This document shows, piece by piece, positions 12,762 to 24,048 of a DNA stretch of 64,000 nt; the first letter of the stretch is position 1, and each line of letters begins with the position of its first letter. The position numbers and the translations under genes were made by a program. The DNA is from Phoronis australis (Eukaryota > Animalia > Phoronida), in assembly GCA_002633005.1 (NCBI GenBank), contig NMRA01000562.1, positions 187,161 through 251,160 on the forward strand, in the 5' to 3' direction. The notes beneath the pieces are model-generated. The model searched no databases, was not told the origin of the DNA, and saw nothing but the letters and a program-made list of their open reading frames with translations.

Positions 12762-14999
12762 CAGTTCGATATCCTTTCACGTCAAACTGAAGGTTGCTTG
12801 GTCGTCAGGCGTTTTACTGAACCGTTTCAATTCAAGCAAAGCACGAGCACGTCACGTGACGTAGCTTTGGAAGACCAAATACACATGTAAAGTCGTTTTT
12901 TACACCAGACCATGGTTAGTTGCGAACATCATCAAGGAAATAAAATGTCTAACATTATTTTAGAAGGGGTTTTGGTTCTTCGCCATTCCTCTAAGTCCTA
13001 AAGGCTCACTATCAAACTCGGTTTCTTTTGAGTGCTTAATGTGTGTTACTCGGACATTCGCTTGCCCGGGAATCGATATATTTCTCCGTCAGTCCCAAAC
13101 AAATTACATGTATAATATGAGGTCAAACAAACAAATCTTTGGCTGTTGAAGCTGGTGGAAATGCTGCAATCACTGTGAACTTAACGTTCATTGATCTGTC
13201 ACAACATTGTTGTTGTTATCGTCACCGTACATGTAATTATTGCCCTTGTTATACATGTTTTGTTATTGTTAATAAACAACAGGTTGTTTCCAACAGCGCA
13301 GACCCATTTTAAAAATTCCCTTGATGGTTCTCTTATGAAGGTTAAGGAAGTGGACAAGAGAACCCTTTCGATGCACAGGTTCATTTTCTGTTGTGTCGTT
13401 CGCGACGTTACAGCGGTGACGCACACACCCCATAAAGGTAAATCGATCTACCGTTGAGATGTCTGTCAACGCACGTGAGTGTGATAATTAAGCAACTACA
13501 AGACATACACAAATGTTTCTCACGTCATATTGTAATCTACATATAGCACTAGCTTATCCATCGGTCACAAAAAGCTTCCGATGCCGATAAGACGACCTTA
13601 CGGCAGAAAAACTGACATATCGGCCCTGCAGTCGGGCGTTTATATGGCGATAACCGAGAACGCCGGCTAGGCGTCGACGTAACAAATCAGCAGTACCGAA
13701 CCAATTGAAAATTGCTCGACCATTAGGATCGAACTCTATCCGCCAAGCATAGTTCGACATTTGACCAAGGCATTTATTTATCCAGGGGATGCTCTACCTG
13801 CATCGCAGAGGCCATTTTGTTGCAATATCACTTGAAATGCGTGGGTAAAGATTTCTTCTAAATAAACTTAGTTTAATTATTTGTGGCTATCTGAAATAAA
13901 ATTTTGCTGAATTGCACACTATTAAAATTTCACTAAATCTAAAAACGGGGAGAAGCTGACCAAAAACAGTAGAAAAGACAATGCTAATACTCTGAACTAT
14001 TTTGGCGGAAGCCTTCACTTCCGGCTGGCCTGTTGAAACAAATTGTACTCTGTTACGGCACATTTACGACTGAAGTTACATATTTCTCCCGCCGAAAATT
14101 GCCACAACCAATGTACCTGAAGTGTTGGAGGTCTAACGCAAAAGCATAATCCTGTTGGATATTTTATTTATCAATACCTTTTAATACAAAATAAAAGAAA
14201 AATGTGATGCAGAAGGTCATTGTCGCACTAGAACTACGTATTTGCAGAAGATTTTTTAGTAACCTTTACAAATCTGTATGGTTCAAACAAAATGACTCCG
14301 ATTTTTACTACAAGATTGAGAATGTTGCTAGGTAGTCAAGTGCAGAAGCTGCCTTGACATGCAGAGACTGAAAATTTAGTTCAGAATTTCCATACTGACT
14401 TCTTCAACAGTACAACTAATAACAATGTGGACGCCAGGGATAGATTTATTAAGATGATGGATCGTTATTCACTGATTGACCCTTCGACGCATATACAATC
14501 CTGATTTGAGAAAATGCTCGCGGGGGAGGAGGAGTTTGACAAAATGGCCGCACATTGGATTTTGTTGTCGTCAATGAGGCAGTAATGCTGAAAAAAGACG
14601 TTTTCTCCACGCTACACAGCTGGTTCATCTGCAATTTAGACAAAAGAATTTCAAAATTTAAGAAAGGGGTTGCCAAATAACTTATTTTTGGAATTATTGT
14701 TTGAATTCATTAGTTTTGACCAGTGCTCAAACAAACTTCGTTTTTGTGGTTTTACTGCTAATCGCGAATGTTGTCATTGTCTGCCAGACAGAGTTGGCTC
14801 CGCCAGCTGAGAGATGCACCACGACCTCGGGGTTGCAGGGTTGAGACAAATCTTCAAATACAATAATGCCCCTTTAAAGGTCCTGATTAGAAATTATTAA
14901 AATACAAATCCATAAAAGCAACTCTTGCAATTGCTCTTCGAAATGCTATCGCATAACAATGCTATGTAGCGTGTAAAAAAGTAAAAATCACCAAGTGAA

Positions 15000-15330
15000 A
15001 CTTGTTTTTGAAAAAGGAATTTAAACTTATTTAGGATATTGCTGGTGCCGGAAATCTAAGGATGATATAACGCATGAATGAATATCAACAGAAATTAGTA
15101 GAGCGCGTGAAGAATTATAATTGAAGATGTTTATCATAGAGTCCATTAAAATCGATTAAAAATGGGGAAACCGACAAAATAGTTAAGTGGCTTGCCTGGA
15201 AAAGAGAGATTTCTATCCCTGTAATTTATACAAAGTTGAAGGCCAGTAATGGTGAGAAACTGACAAAAGAAGAGTCGATCTTGAATGAAACGTATTAATT
15301 CCATCGCTCACACAATGCGGCATTCAGGAT
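15000..15330 (+). pseudogene. Highly degraded L1/Tx1-like ORF2 linker fragment
   Basis: A frameshifted remnant resembling RS..K..NGEKPTKY..LEKR...G.KLT..E.ILNE around 15140-15290. Confidence 0.3.
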
Positions 15331-16194
15331 ATCAACATAAATGAAAACTTAGATACTAATTATATGCGTCTGGAAAGGGTGTAAAAATAATACCGATGTA
15401 TGATGTCCAGAAAGATACCTCAGGTACACCACTGATTGTACAGCCTTTGGTACTGTTTACTGTATTGAGCTGGATAGGATTCTTCTCATAAACCATGGAA
15501 ATAAACTCCAAGAAGTCAATAAATTGATTTCTTCGTCGTCTAACAACTCTTGAAAAGGTAACAGTGGTCATGACTATTAACTGTAAATTTCCTAACCTTC
15601 TACTCCTCTGGATATAGTTTAATATATATTCAGAGGATTACGCTTGAACATTTTTTGTACTGTTTGGGCAAACAGGTCCGATAGATCTGCCGATAAAATA
15701 GTGAAGGGCTACGGTGTTGGCAGGTGTAACATGACATGCCTGATTTCTCGAACTTCATGCGCTAGACGAATCTTGCATAATGAATATAATAACGGTACTC
15801 TTGTGTCGTAAATCTTGAAAAAGAGGGATACTTGAGTTAGTGTTGTTATGGGGATACACACTCATTCATGTATAGTACGATTAATAAGAAATTTTGCGTG
15901 CTATTATTTGTTAGTGTATTTGCCGCATTTTGTTAATTTATAGAAATGTGTCTTACTCAAAAGTGACACTTTCTAGCGGGCAGGTTTAGCAAATAATGGC
16001 AATATAAGAAAATGGGTCATGATGAAATGTTGTATTTCGGTCAGCAGCATCTTACCGCGTAAGAGTTTCGCGGCGTGGTCTCCAATCCTTTTTTATGCGA
16101 AATTTAAGCAATCGATTGGGGCCAGTTCCCTAATTCCCATCCGGGTAAATTGGCAGAATCAGGTTCACTGGAAAGAAAAGCATGAGATCAGTTT

Positions 16195-16319
16195 CATGCG
16201 CGCTCTCCCATTTGGCGAAGTGGTCCAAAAAGGCCCGCCTGCGAGAAACAAAAAGTCCGAGAAAATAAGACAAAAGTACACTAAACAAGCACAAACGCGC
16301 AATTCACAGTTGTGCGCCC

Positions 16320-16352
<33 letters not shown>

Positions 16353-16433
16353 CCGCCGGCTATTTTGTTACCAAAAGGTCCGCAACGTTAGGAATTCGAT
16401 CCCCCCGCATATTGAAGGCTGGGTGCGCGCATG
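16195..16433. mobile_element. MITE family A (hAT5-like), inverted orientation
   Basis: CATGCGCGCT ... GGCTGGGTGCGCGCATG with TSD AGTTT and an internal poly-T run. It lies about 280 bp downstream of the neuropeptide ORF. Confidence 0.8.
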
Positions 16434-16713
16434 AGTTTTCAGAACAAGGTACATGTTTCATTGGCTAGGATGCCTTAAGGGCATAAGGGGTGGGGGGTAA
16501 CCACAGTCTTCAACGGAAAGTGCACGCTTAAGCTTTAAAAAAGGGAGGTCAACGCCCAGGCAGTATATTCCTAACTTCGATTAATAAAATGCAGTGTATC
16601 TCTTCCGTTAATCCGCTGTCTTTGCTTGAATATTATATCATTTCATTTACATCATTGTTTGTCCCATTTTTCAAACTTGATAGAAATACTTAGCAATGTA
16701 AACCCTCAGTCCC

Positions 16714-17160
16714 TTACCTGTTTACCTGGTCGCGTCTGTTGTCGTTAGGTTTTGACAGTCGAACGTATCTCAATTTTTCTGATATGCCCTTTTGCAACAA
16801 TATGGTTGATAACAAATACGTATATGGTCGATCCGTCCGAATGGGAAGTGTTTTCTTGATGACCAATTCACTGGACTCACTTAACTTTGGAATGTTGGTG
16901 AGTTTATTCGCAAGAGAAGCCCCACTTTCAGATGCTCCGTACGGGGTGTACAACGAATGTTCCTGCGCTGCTGCTCTCTTGCCCGTGAAGTGTCTCGCGC
17001 GACACGCACAGATGGCTTGTGGGTGGCCTGATTTACATATCATTCTACAGAAGAGCTGCCTACTCTTGTACCATGATCCTGCCTCGCAGTGCACGAAGAA
17101 ACATATGACGCCGATGATGAGACAATAATTGGAAATCACATACGCTGTGTACAGCCTCAT
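16714..17160 (-). CDS. Cys-rich amidated neuropeptide precursor (HFAamide-like; predicted mature peptide GSWYKSRQLFCRMICKSGHPQAICACRARHFT-NH2)
   Basis: Intact 148-aa ORF with ATG in AAAACCATG context. It has a hydrophobic signal peptide (YCLIIGVICFFVHCEA, probable CEA|GS cleavage), then C-x3-C-x8-C-x-C, HFT and a GKR amidation/dibasic site at 16983-16975, then a non-conserved-looking propeptide. The stop overlaps a possible splice donor, so the 3' end is uncertain. Confidence 0.85.
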   Translation of the reverse strand: MRLYTAYVISNYCLIIGVICFFVHCEAGSWYKSRQLFCRMICKSGHPQAICACRARHFTGKRAAAQEHSLYTPYGASESGASLANKLTNIPKLSESSELVIKKTLPIRTDRPYTYLLSTILLQKGISEKLRYVRLSKPNDNRRDQVNR

Positions 17161-17217
17161 GGTTTTCGTGTTGTGAGTTGCATCCAGCTCGATGACTGGT
17201 ATTTATGGTGATGTCAC
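17161..17217 (-). promoter_or_regulatory. Core promoter of the neuropeptide gene
   Basis: The minus strand reads GTGACATCAC (CRE-like, 17217-17208), then CATAAATA (TATA-like, 17207-17200), then ACTCACAAC (Inr-like, about 25-30 nt further), then AAAACC-ATG. Confidence 0.5.
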
Positions 17218-17819
17218 GCCTCCTCTAGGATAGCATGTAATCTGAAACGAAGATTTGATGGGTCATCAGAAATCAATAGACAAGGGTCATACAGGAAATA
17301 TGGACTGGCGGGAACAATTCAGTCCCGGTGGTGTGCGATGGAGGTGTGGTCAGCGAGACGGTAACCGCGTGACGCAGTATCGCTGTCTTCCACGTGACAA
17401 TAGAGATGCGTGGCGATTAAAGGTGACATAAGCCGGAATCTTATGTAAAAATGATTTAGGATATCAGTTATTCCATGCTTAGCAATTCCTATCACCGTTT
17501 TGGGGAGCAGTATGTAAAGCGAATTATACATAAGTTTCATATGTACCCGATATGAGATATGATGTTCCAAGCAAGTTCAATTTGGAAATTTGTATAGGGT
17601 CCTACATAGCCTTAAACTACTCTGCGCCATTTATCCAGTGAGGCTCAGCTCCGCCAGCATATTACTAAATTGCTACAGTGGGAATGGCAGACTCGATTCG
17701 GCACTGAGGTTTAATCCCAGACCATTAGGGTTGTTTGTTTTAGCGTCAGCTACCGAAGCAATATGGTTGTCACAGAAATTCTACGCGTTTTTGGAACCCA
17801 TTTCAGTTCAAGTAAAGGA

Positions 17820-18115
17820 TGAAAATGCGGGACGTTACTTTGGAAAAGGCACAGCGGTAGCCGAACCGGATGTCAATCGCCACTGTGCTATCTACAATTG
17901 GGATAGTGTCAAAGTCTTTGCCCATGATGCCGGAAAGAAAAGACGCTGGAAACGCGAACGTTTACATTTTAAGAAAGCGAGCGACACGGTCATGAACCGT
18001 GACGTAGGCCAGTGCCCTCTTTCTGATCATTACGATAGCTTTTTCGTGGCCCAAGTCAGGTCATTTGGTCATCATTCTGAGGATGACCGCAACCGTTGAT
18101 GGTCGAAAACGTTAA
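17820..18115 (+). mobile_element. Penelope-like element 3' fragment (GIY-YIG C-terminus)
   Basis: TAVAE...IYNWDSVKVF...RRWKRERLHF...MNRDVG..LSDHYD matches the PLE endonuclease tail (AxAEH..IxWxxxKxL..R..E..I..MNRDxG). Confidence 0.75.
18071..18115 (+). ncRNA. Minimal type-I hammerhead ribozyme motif (PLE-associated)
   Basis: CTGAGGA-T-GACC[gcaaccgttgat]GGTC-GAAA-ACGTT: both core boxes, a 4-bp helix II and palindromic AACGTT as helix III, located at the 3' end of the Penelope coding fragment. Confidence 0.6.
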
Positions 18116-18123
18116 ACTTATTA

Positions 18124-18426
18124 CAGTGGCGGATCTAGGATACCATAAGGGGGCCCAAGATGTTGCCTCGGAGAATTGGGCAAAGCGCGATTGTAAGCAC
18201 AGGCGGCCCGAAAGTTGCGGGGCTGGCGATGTGGACCTGGTGTAGCCAAATTCTATCGGAGGACTAAAAAAAACGGGAACACGATTCCGCTGCAACCTGC
18301 CCCCCAGATTGGTGCCCTCACGTTTCTTCACGCTCTTGGTCTCTTGGTGTTTGCTGCTGTTTATTATTCCTTGCACCAACCAAGGAGGGGGGGCGGACCC
18401 CCTGAGCCCCCCTAAATCCGCCTATG
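18124..18426. mobile_element. MITE family B (hAT5-like)
   Basis: CAGTGGCGGATCTAG ... CTAAATCCGCCTATG with TSD TATTA. Confidence 0.85.
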
Positions 18427-19407
18427 TATTATAAGTACTCGACTGTGTCTCGTGAAATTTGCCTACATTTTGACTCACCAATGTGATGCAATTACTTAGT
18501 GAGTACGACTTCTTTTTAAAGTGATTTGAGATTCGCACAGGTAATTTCACTTCAAATGCAAGATAACGTAATACTTTCAATTTGAGTGCTTTGACACTCA
18601 TGGGTACACGCACCTCTCTTACGGCGTTGATATTCCTCGCACAGGCGCATAAGACACTAGCACACATTTTGCCCTCGACAAATAAAGGCCCATACCTTGA
18701 CGCGATAGAACAACAAATGAATTATACCCCCGAATTTGTTCAGCAATACATCGCATAAGTTATCACTTGGGTGGGATAAGACTTTTTCTTGTATGCAGTT
18801 GACTTCCCCGCCATGTCAATACAACAGTTTTATTCGGTATTTAAATTCAGTCATTTCTATGGGGGAAGGAAACACCTTTTCACTAGATTCCCAAGACTTG
18901 TACAAACCGCGACTGCACCCAGTTACGTGTTGGTCGTATTGCTGCAACTGTGCTTCCAAGGCATGTACAAATCACTTGTCGCAACGAAAAAACACGGCAG
19001 TTTGTCGGTGCAACCTTTTGGAAAATGTGAATTGCGACGTGTTAGTGCAGTTGTGACAGTTTGTTTGCTAACAGCGCCCCCTTTTGATAATACCCAATAC
19101 TCAGCGTCCGTCGCAGCCATGGACTGCTCTCCAGCATGGCGGACCACGTAGCTTGCATTTTACATTGGATCACTGGATCACCACAAAGCTTAATCATGAC
19201 GCTTTGGTGGAAAATACACCTCGCGATGAGATGCGATGAGACGCGATGAGCAAAAATAAAATATTTTCTATTCTTTCATGAGGAAAGAAAATAGCTTAAT
19301 TCAGCTGAAACAGTGCGAGACAATGTCTTTCAAAACATGCAAAGTAAGGGTATTGTTTTATCAGGCAAAACGTAAGAAATCATGTCAGGGTAAGTAATAG
19401 TTGTTAA

Positions 19408-19842
19408 AGGGAAAGGCAACATTTTTTCATGTCATTTTAGCAAAAATAATGTTCTTTGATTATCCCAGACATATTTTTCACTTATTTTTTTTAAGGTTTT
19501 CGTAATTTAATTAATTATTCGTCCTTTACTCCGGAAGTGCCGTTTTGGGAAGCGAGAATTTCGTGCCTATTTCTTTTCACATAGTGACTATGAGAGCTGT
19601 CGAGTCAGTCATTGTTATACCTCGGTTGTGACAAGTTCATTCGTCGTTTGTTTACGAGTCAGTCAACATGCGACGCTGTTGCTGCGTACCGGGATGTACT
19701 CATTGTCGCCCAGAGACTGTAAACAGCCCTGCTGCCCCGTTCGACACCCAGTGAAGAGGACAGTTCGTCGTCCAATGAATAAATGGGTGAGCCAAACTTT
19801 GATAAGTTTATTGAGGACTTGTCTAAAATATTGGACCTATTT
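19408..19842 (+). mobile_element. Truncated Kolobok family-2 copy (left end plus THAP start)
   Basis: TTAA|AGGGAAAGGCAAC, homologous to the ends of 27709-29044. Includes ATG CGA CGC TGT TGC TGC GTA CCG GGA TGT (MRRCCCVPGC) and an internally deleted body. Confidence 0.75.
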
Positions 19843-19940
19843 GAAAGTTTGGGGGTGCGCCGTCTGGCGGGCAAAATCCTGGCTAATACTCTGCCCTGCC
19901 CCCCCCTCCCCCCTAAATAAAAATCCTGGATCCGCCCCTG
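19843..19940. mobile_element. Half MITE, family C
   Basis: ggcaaaatcctggctaatactctg...aaatcctggatccgcccctg, matching the right half of 4642-4779. Confidence 0.7.
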
Positions 19941-21430
19941 GTATTTCCCTGCTGTCTGATCTGGGAAAACTTTTTACCTGATTTTGAAATAAACTTCTTT
20001 ATTGCTGGACTGAAAATAATTATAAACTCTCTGAGTCTTAACCTGGCTTTAGGAAGGGCTACTCTACGATCGACCAAGTGTTTACACTTCAAGCTATGTG
20101 TCACAAGTACTTGTACTTGAGTCGGCAGGGTGGCAGATTTTACTGCGCTTTTGTGGATTTCTCAAAGGCATTCGATCGAATCCCTCATAGGCTACTATTC
20201 TATGGATTGTAAAGTATTGATGAGCTTCGTAAAATTTTTTAGCATACTCCGCTCTATGTATGGTAAATTGCGACCTTGCGTGAAACTCAAGATGGTCTTA
20301 CAGAGTCCTTTGATTGTACTGTTGGCACTCGCCAGGGTTGCATGATGAGCCCATTATTATCTGTGTTGTATCTAAATGAATTTCTAGTTCAACAGACAGC
20401 GAAGAGTAATATTAATAGTACATATCTCAGCAAACAAGTGCCAAGAGTCAACTCACTGCTGTACGCAGACGACATGTTGTTGTGTCCCTCTACCGCCATC
20501 AACTTACACCGTATGCTAAATTGTGTGGCAGAATTTTTCGAATCATGGATCATGCAAGTAAACTTGAAGAAAACCAAGGTGATCGTTTTCAGAAATGACA
20601 GTCCCCTTAAACAATTACGAGAAATGGTTCTGCAATTGCACTTAAGGCGATGTGGTGCCTCATTACAAATACCTTGGACTGTTTATCACCCCAAACCTTT
20701 CGCGGACAAAGGCCATTAAAACGTTGTCTAGTGAAACAAATAAAGCTGTCTCTGCAATTTGTAAATTAAGGCAAATTTGAAGAGATTTACCTCTGTCGAT
20801 AGCCCTTTACATGGTTTCCCCTCTTTGTGTTATGACGCTGAGATATGGGGATTTGAGGAGCACAGGAACGATTGGAAAGTGTACATATCAAGTTTTGTAA
20901 ATGCATTTAGGAGTAGGCAGTTGTTCAAACTCTGCAATTATGGGAGAAAGTGGTCGATTCCCATTGTTTACTAAATATTTTGTATCCTATATAAAATATT
21001 GATTCAAAATACTGGGCATGCGTAGTAATTGTGGGATAAATACAGAATATGATATGCCTTTTCAGTCAGACTTCATCGTAAGATCTTTTTATAACTGGGC
21101 AAGTTTTGTAAGGATGTACAGTACTTCTGTCTGTATATGGTTTTTAAGATGTATGGTTTAATCAGGGTGAGGTGAGCCAAGCGTTTTCCTTCAATTGACA
21201 ATTTTTTCCTAGCGCTATTTGCAAGGCTGGCAATCTGATATCGAATGTAACACAAAATCGCCTTAAGGTTTAAAACAATGTATTGTTTAGAGAATTATCT
21301 AAAAATGATTAGTAACCCCTGTGTTTATCCAGTCTCTGACTCGATTACGATGCTCAAATCATTCGCTAATTAGTGGATAGAGGTCGCCACACAAATATTC
21401 CCTGTGCGAAAAGGTTATGTACTATTATGA
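19941..21430 (+). pseudogene. Non-LTR retrotransposon (RTE/RTEX-like) RT pseudogene
   Basis: Frameshifted RT motifs: ISLLSDLGKLFT, FRKGYSTIDQVFTL, FYCAFVDFSKAFD, GTRQGCMMSPLL, LLYADD, VNLKKTKVIVF, and C-terminal RGRHTNIP..KRLC. Confidence 0.9.
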
Positions 21431-21529
21431 AATTCGAAATGTGATAGTTAGTGCGTAACAAGACCGTCGGAATCAATACTTATATGATCCAACAACATTT
21501 AAATTTGAATCTCTCTAGTTTTGACCACC

Positions 21530-21643
21530 CATGCGAGGGGCATTTGAGTGAAAAACTCGCGTACAGGTTAGATCACTCAACAGGCTCGTCATGCGAGGGG
21601 CATTTGAGTGAAAAACTCGCGTACAGGTTAGATCACTCAACAG
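21530..21643. repeat. 60-bp tandem duplication
   Basis: catgcgaggggcatttgagtgaaaaactcgcgtacaggttagatcactcaacag at 21530 and 21590. Confidence 0.9.
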
Positions 21644-21716
21644 ACCTGTATAGCCTGGTGGGTTCCAGCCCCAGCCTATCCATTAAATATAGAACATAGG
21701 ACATAGGACAAAAACA

Positions 21717-22038
21717 CATGCGCGCACCCAGGGGGGGTGGGGGCTAAAACGAGCCCNTGCGATAACTTCGATGACGTCAGGGTCACCAACCCTTTACTTC
21801 GATGGTCATTAACTACCGAAGCCAGTATGAACGGTCCAGTTAACTGCGCTGTTTACGTCGACGCTCCGCTCAGACCGGAGTTAAGTCAATATGAAAGGGC
21901 CTTAAAAAGGCACAGACGCATAGGTCACAGTTCTGAAGGTGGTACCCCGTTTTTTTAGTCTTGTCCCTTTTTTGTCAGCAAAAGGTCCACATTGGCAAAA
22001 ATTCTAGCCCCCCATATTAAAGGCTGGGTGCGCGCATG
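21717..22038. mobile_element. MITE family A ends spanning a single-N join
   Basis: CATGCGCGCACCCAG ... CTGGGTGCGCGCATG. The flanks do not match (AAACA/TAACG) and there is an N at 21758, so it may be chimeric. Confidence 0.6.
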
Positions 22039-22190
22039 TAACGACAAAAAATGTTGCAGCTAATGGTACTACTAACTACAATGATAACTAAGTTAGTAAT
22101 AATTTTGAACTCGACTCTGATTCAGAGCGCGTCACCAAATCATTGGGCCATGGTGTTTGCGTAGATGACAGGATGGTGCAGACGATTACA

Positions 22191-22336
22191 CAAGGGCGGC
22201 GCAGCACTGACAAAAGTGGTGGGGCTATAGCCGCCCCCCCCCCCCCCCCTNCACCGCCAATAGACCCCGGCCAGCGCAGCACTGAAAAAAGTTGGGGGCC
22301 ATAGCCCCCCAGCCCCCCCATGGTGCGCCGCCCATG
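22191..22336. mobile_element. MITE family D (CA..TG, GC-rich TIR), spans an N join
   Basis: CAAGGGCGGCGCA ... TGCGCCGCCCATG with a duplicated internal gcagcactga..ggggc.atagccc block. No matching TSD. Confidence 0.5.
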
Positions 22337-22949
22337 GAGGCTTTGTGTTACTCATCGGCATTGAATGCGCGTGGTGGCTACACCATAGGGCAACAAAGGA
22401 ATCAGGAAGTAAATGTTTATGGGTAGCTAAGCTATATAGCAGCGCGCGAGAGAGCTCCCCCCGACAACAAGTGCGGTGTGAATGCCTTCGACAAAGAAAC
22501 AAAACAGCAGAAAATAGGTTTGTTATCTGCTACGTTGGTGTACTCGGTGCTAACATAGTATGGTAATGTGCAGGCATTTTCAAATTTCAAATTGAAAGTG
22601 ATCATCAAATATGTTGTTCATCTAGTGTCCACTGAGATTGTGGATTGGTGGATTGACATGCACGTTTGTACACGTGTGTGCGTTTGCATTCCTTTAGATT
22701 CAGTAGACGCCAGCGGAAATTTCACTACAGGTAGTCTTCGGAGTCGCTCAAAAACCAGACATTTAACAACAGTGCTTTCTTGCAATGAGAAAACTCCGAT
22801 GAGCATGTCCACATTGTTAAGGAAAAGCAGGTCTAAACCTCATGAAAACTTTGGTCAATGAAGAAACTGTTCTCTTGTCAATCAGTGTCAATCGTGCACA
22901 GCCTCGCAGACTTCATACGAGCAACAAACTTGATAGAAAAGATTTCTAA

Positions 22950-24048
22950 GGTTACATGTCACTATTCCGAAGGTTCACTACTCCTAAGATCTACTACTCT
23001 GAAGGTTCACTACTCCAAAGCTTTGCTACCTTCGAAAGTTCACTACTTCGAATGTCCACACTTCCGAGTCCGGAATTCTTACAATTCATTACTCTGATTG
23101 TCTGCTAATAAGTCGGAACTGACATGAATGAAATATTGTATTTGTGTCCATTTAGTAACCATTTAAAGGGTATGCAAGAGTCACAGGCCTATGGATTTCG
23201 CAAGCTATTGTTTAAATTGCGAGATCTATACGACGGGCGTGAGCGTGTCGCATGGATATCGCCTATGGGACGCTATCATTGTTTTTTGGTTTCGGTCGCA
23301 CTAATGTCGTACCTTAGGCACCTATCAGCCGGTTACCGATAAATAATTACCATTATGTTTATTATAAAAAAGAAAAACAGTGAACAATACATACGCCTGT
23401 CTACCGATATCTATGCAAAGAGCTTACGACCTAGTTTCCCGTGGGAATTGTTTACAAATAAGCTCAGTTCCAATCACTGCCAATCGTGATTCTTGAATCT
23501 AACTATAACGACTCATTCTCAGGCAGCTACTCAGTACAACATCTGGAGCACCGGTCAAGACTGCGGCGACTAACGGCGGTTTTAAATTTAAGAAGACTGA
23601 ATGTGATTCTGACTGCAGGGACAGGGGAGCCTAGTAACTACATTTACTTTCTACCCGGCCGTGCGCGTGGTTCCGGTGGGTGAGACTGAGGCGCAGGGGC
23701 CCTGAACTTTTCAGTCGTGCTGTTAAATGATGCGATCTCGACATGGATTTGATGAATGTATCGGGGTTCATAATTCATTAATATCCCTACTTCATATTCT
23801 TTAAAAATGCAAGAACGTTATCATTTTTCCCTATTCGTAAGACATGCAGGCAAATTTCGCATGTGCATGAAATCTGGGCGTTGTTTTCGGTATAGGTACA
23901 CCACTCAATAATTGAAGTATCGTTTATTTTTGCATGTAAAAGTATAAACACTACACCTTTGTCCGAAAATTTAGATATTTTCCGAGTAGTGAACCTTCGG
24001 AGTAGTGAACCTTCGAAGTAGTAAACCGTCCGAATAGTGGGCTGTTCC
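22950..24048. mobile_element. Foldback/MULE-like element with modular 16-bp TIR subrepeats
   Basis: Left (CACTACTCCGAAGGTT)n at 22960-23075 and inverted (GAGTAGTGAACCTTCG)n at 23984-24040. GG..CC ends and a degenerate 9-bp flank GATTTCTAA/CATTTCCAG. Confidence 0.6.

Noticed and set aside
15356-15571. TISGVPEVSF resembling the CR1 RT motif SGVPQGS
   Set aside because: Too degenerate to support without an alignment.
16739-17128. 129-aa plus-strand ORF
   Set aside because: Antisense shadow of the neuropeptide ORF, with a non-ATG start and no recognisable motif.
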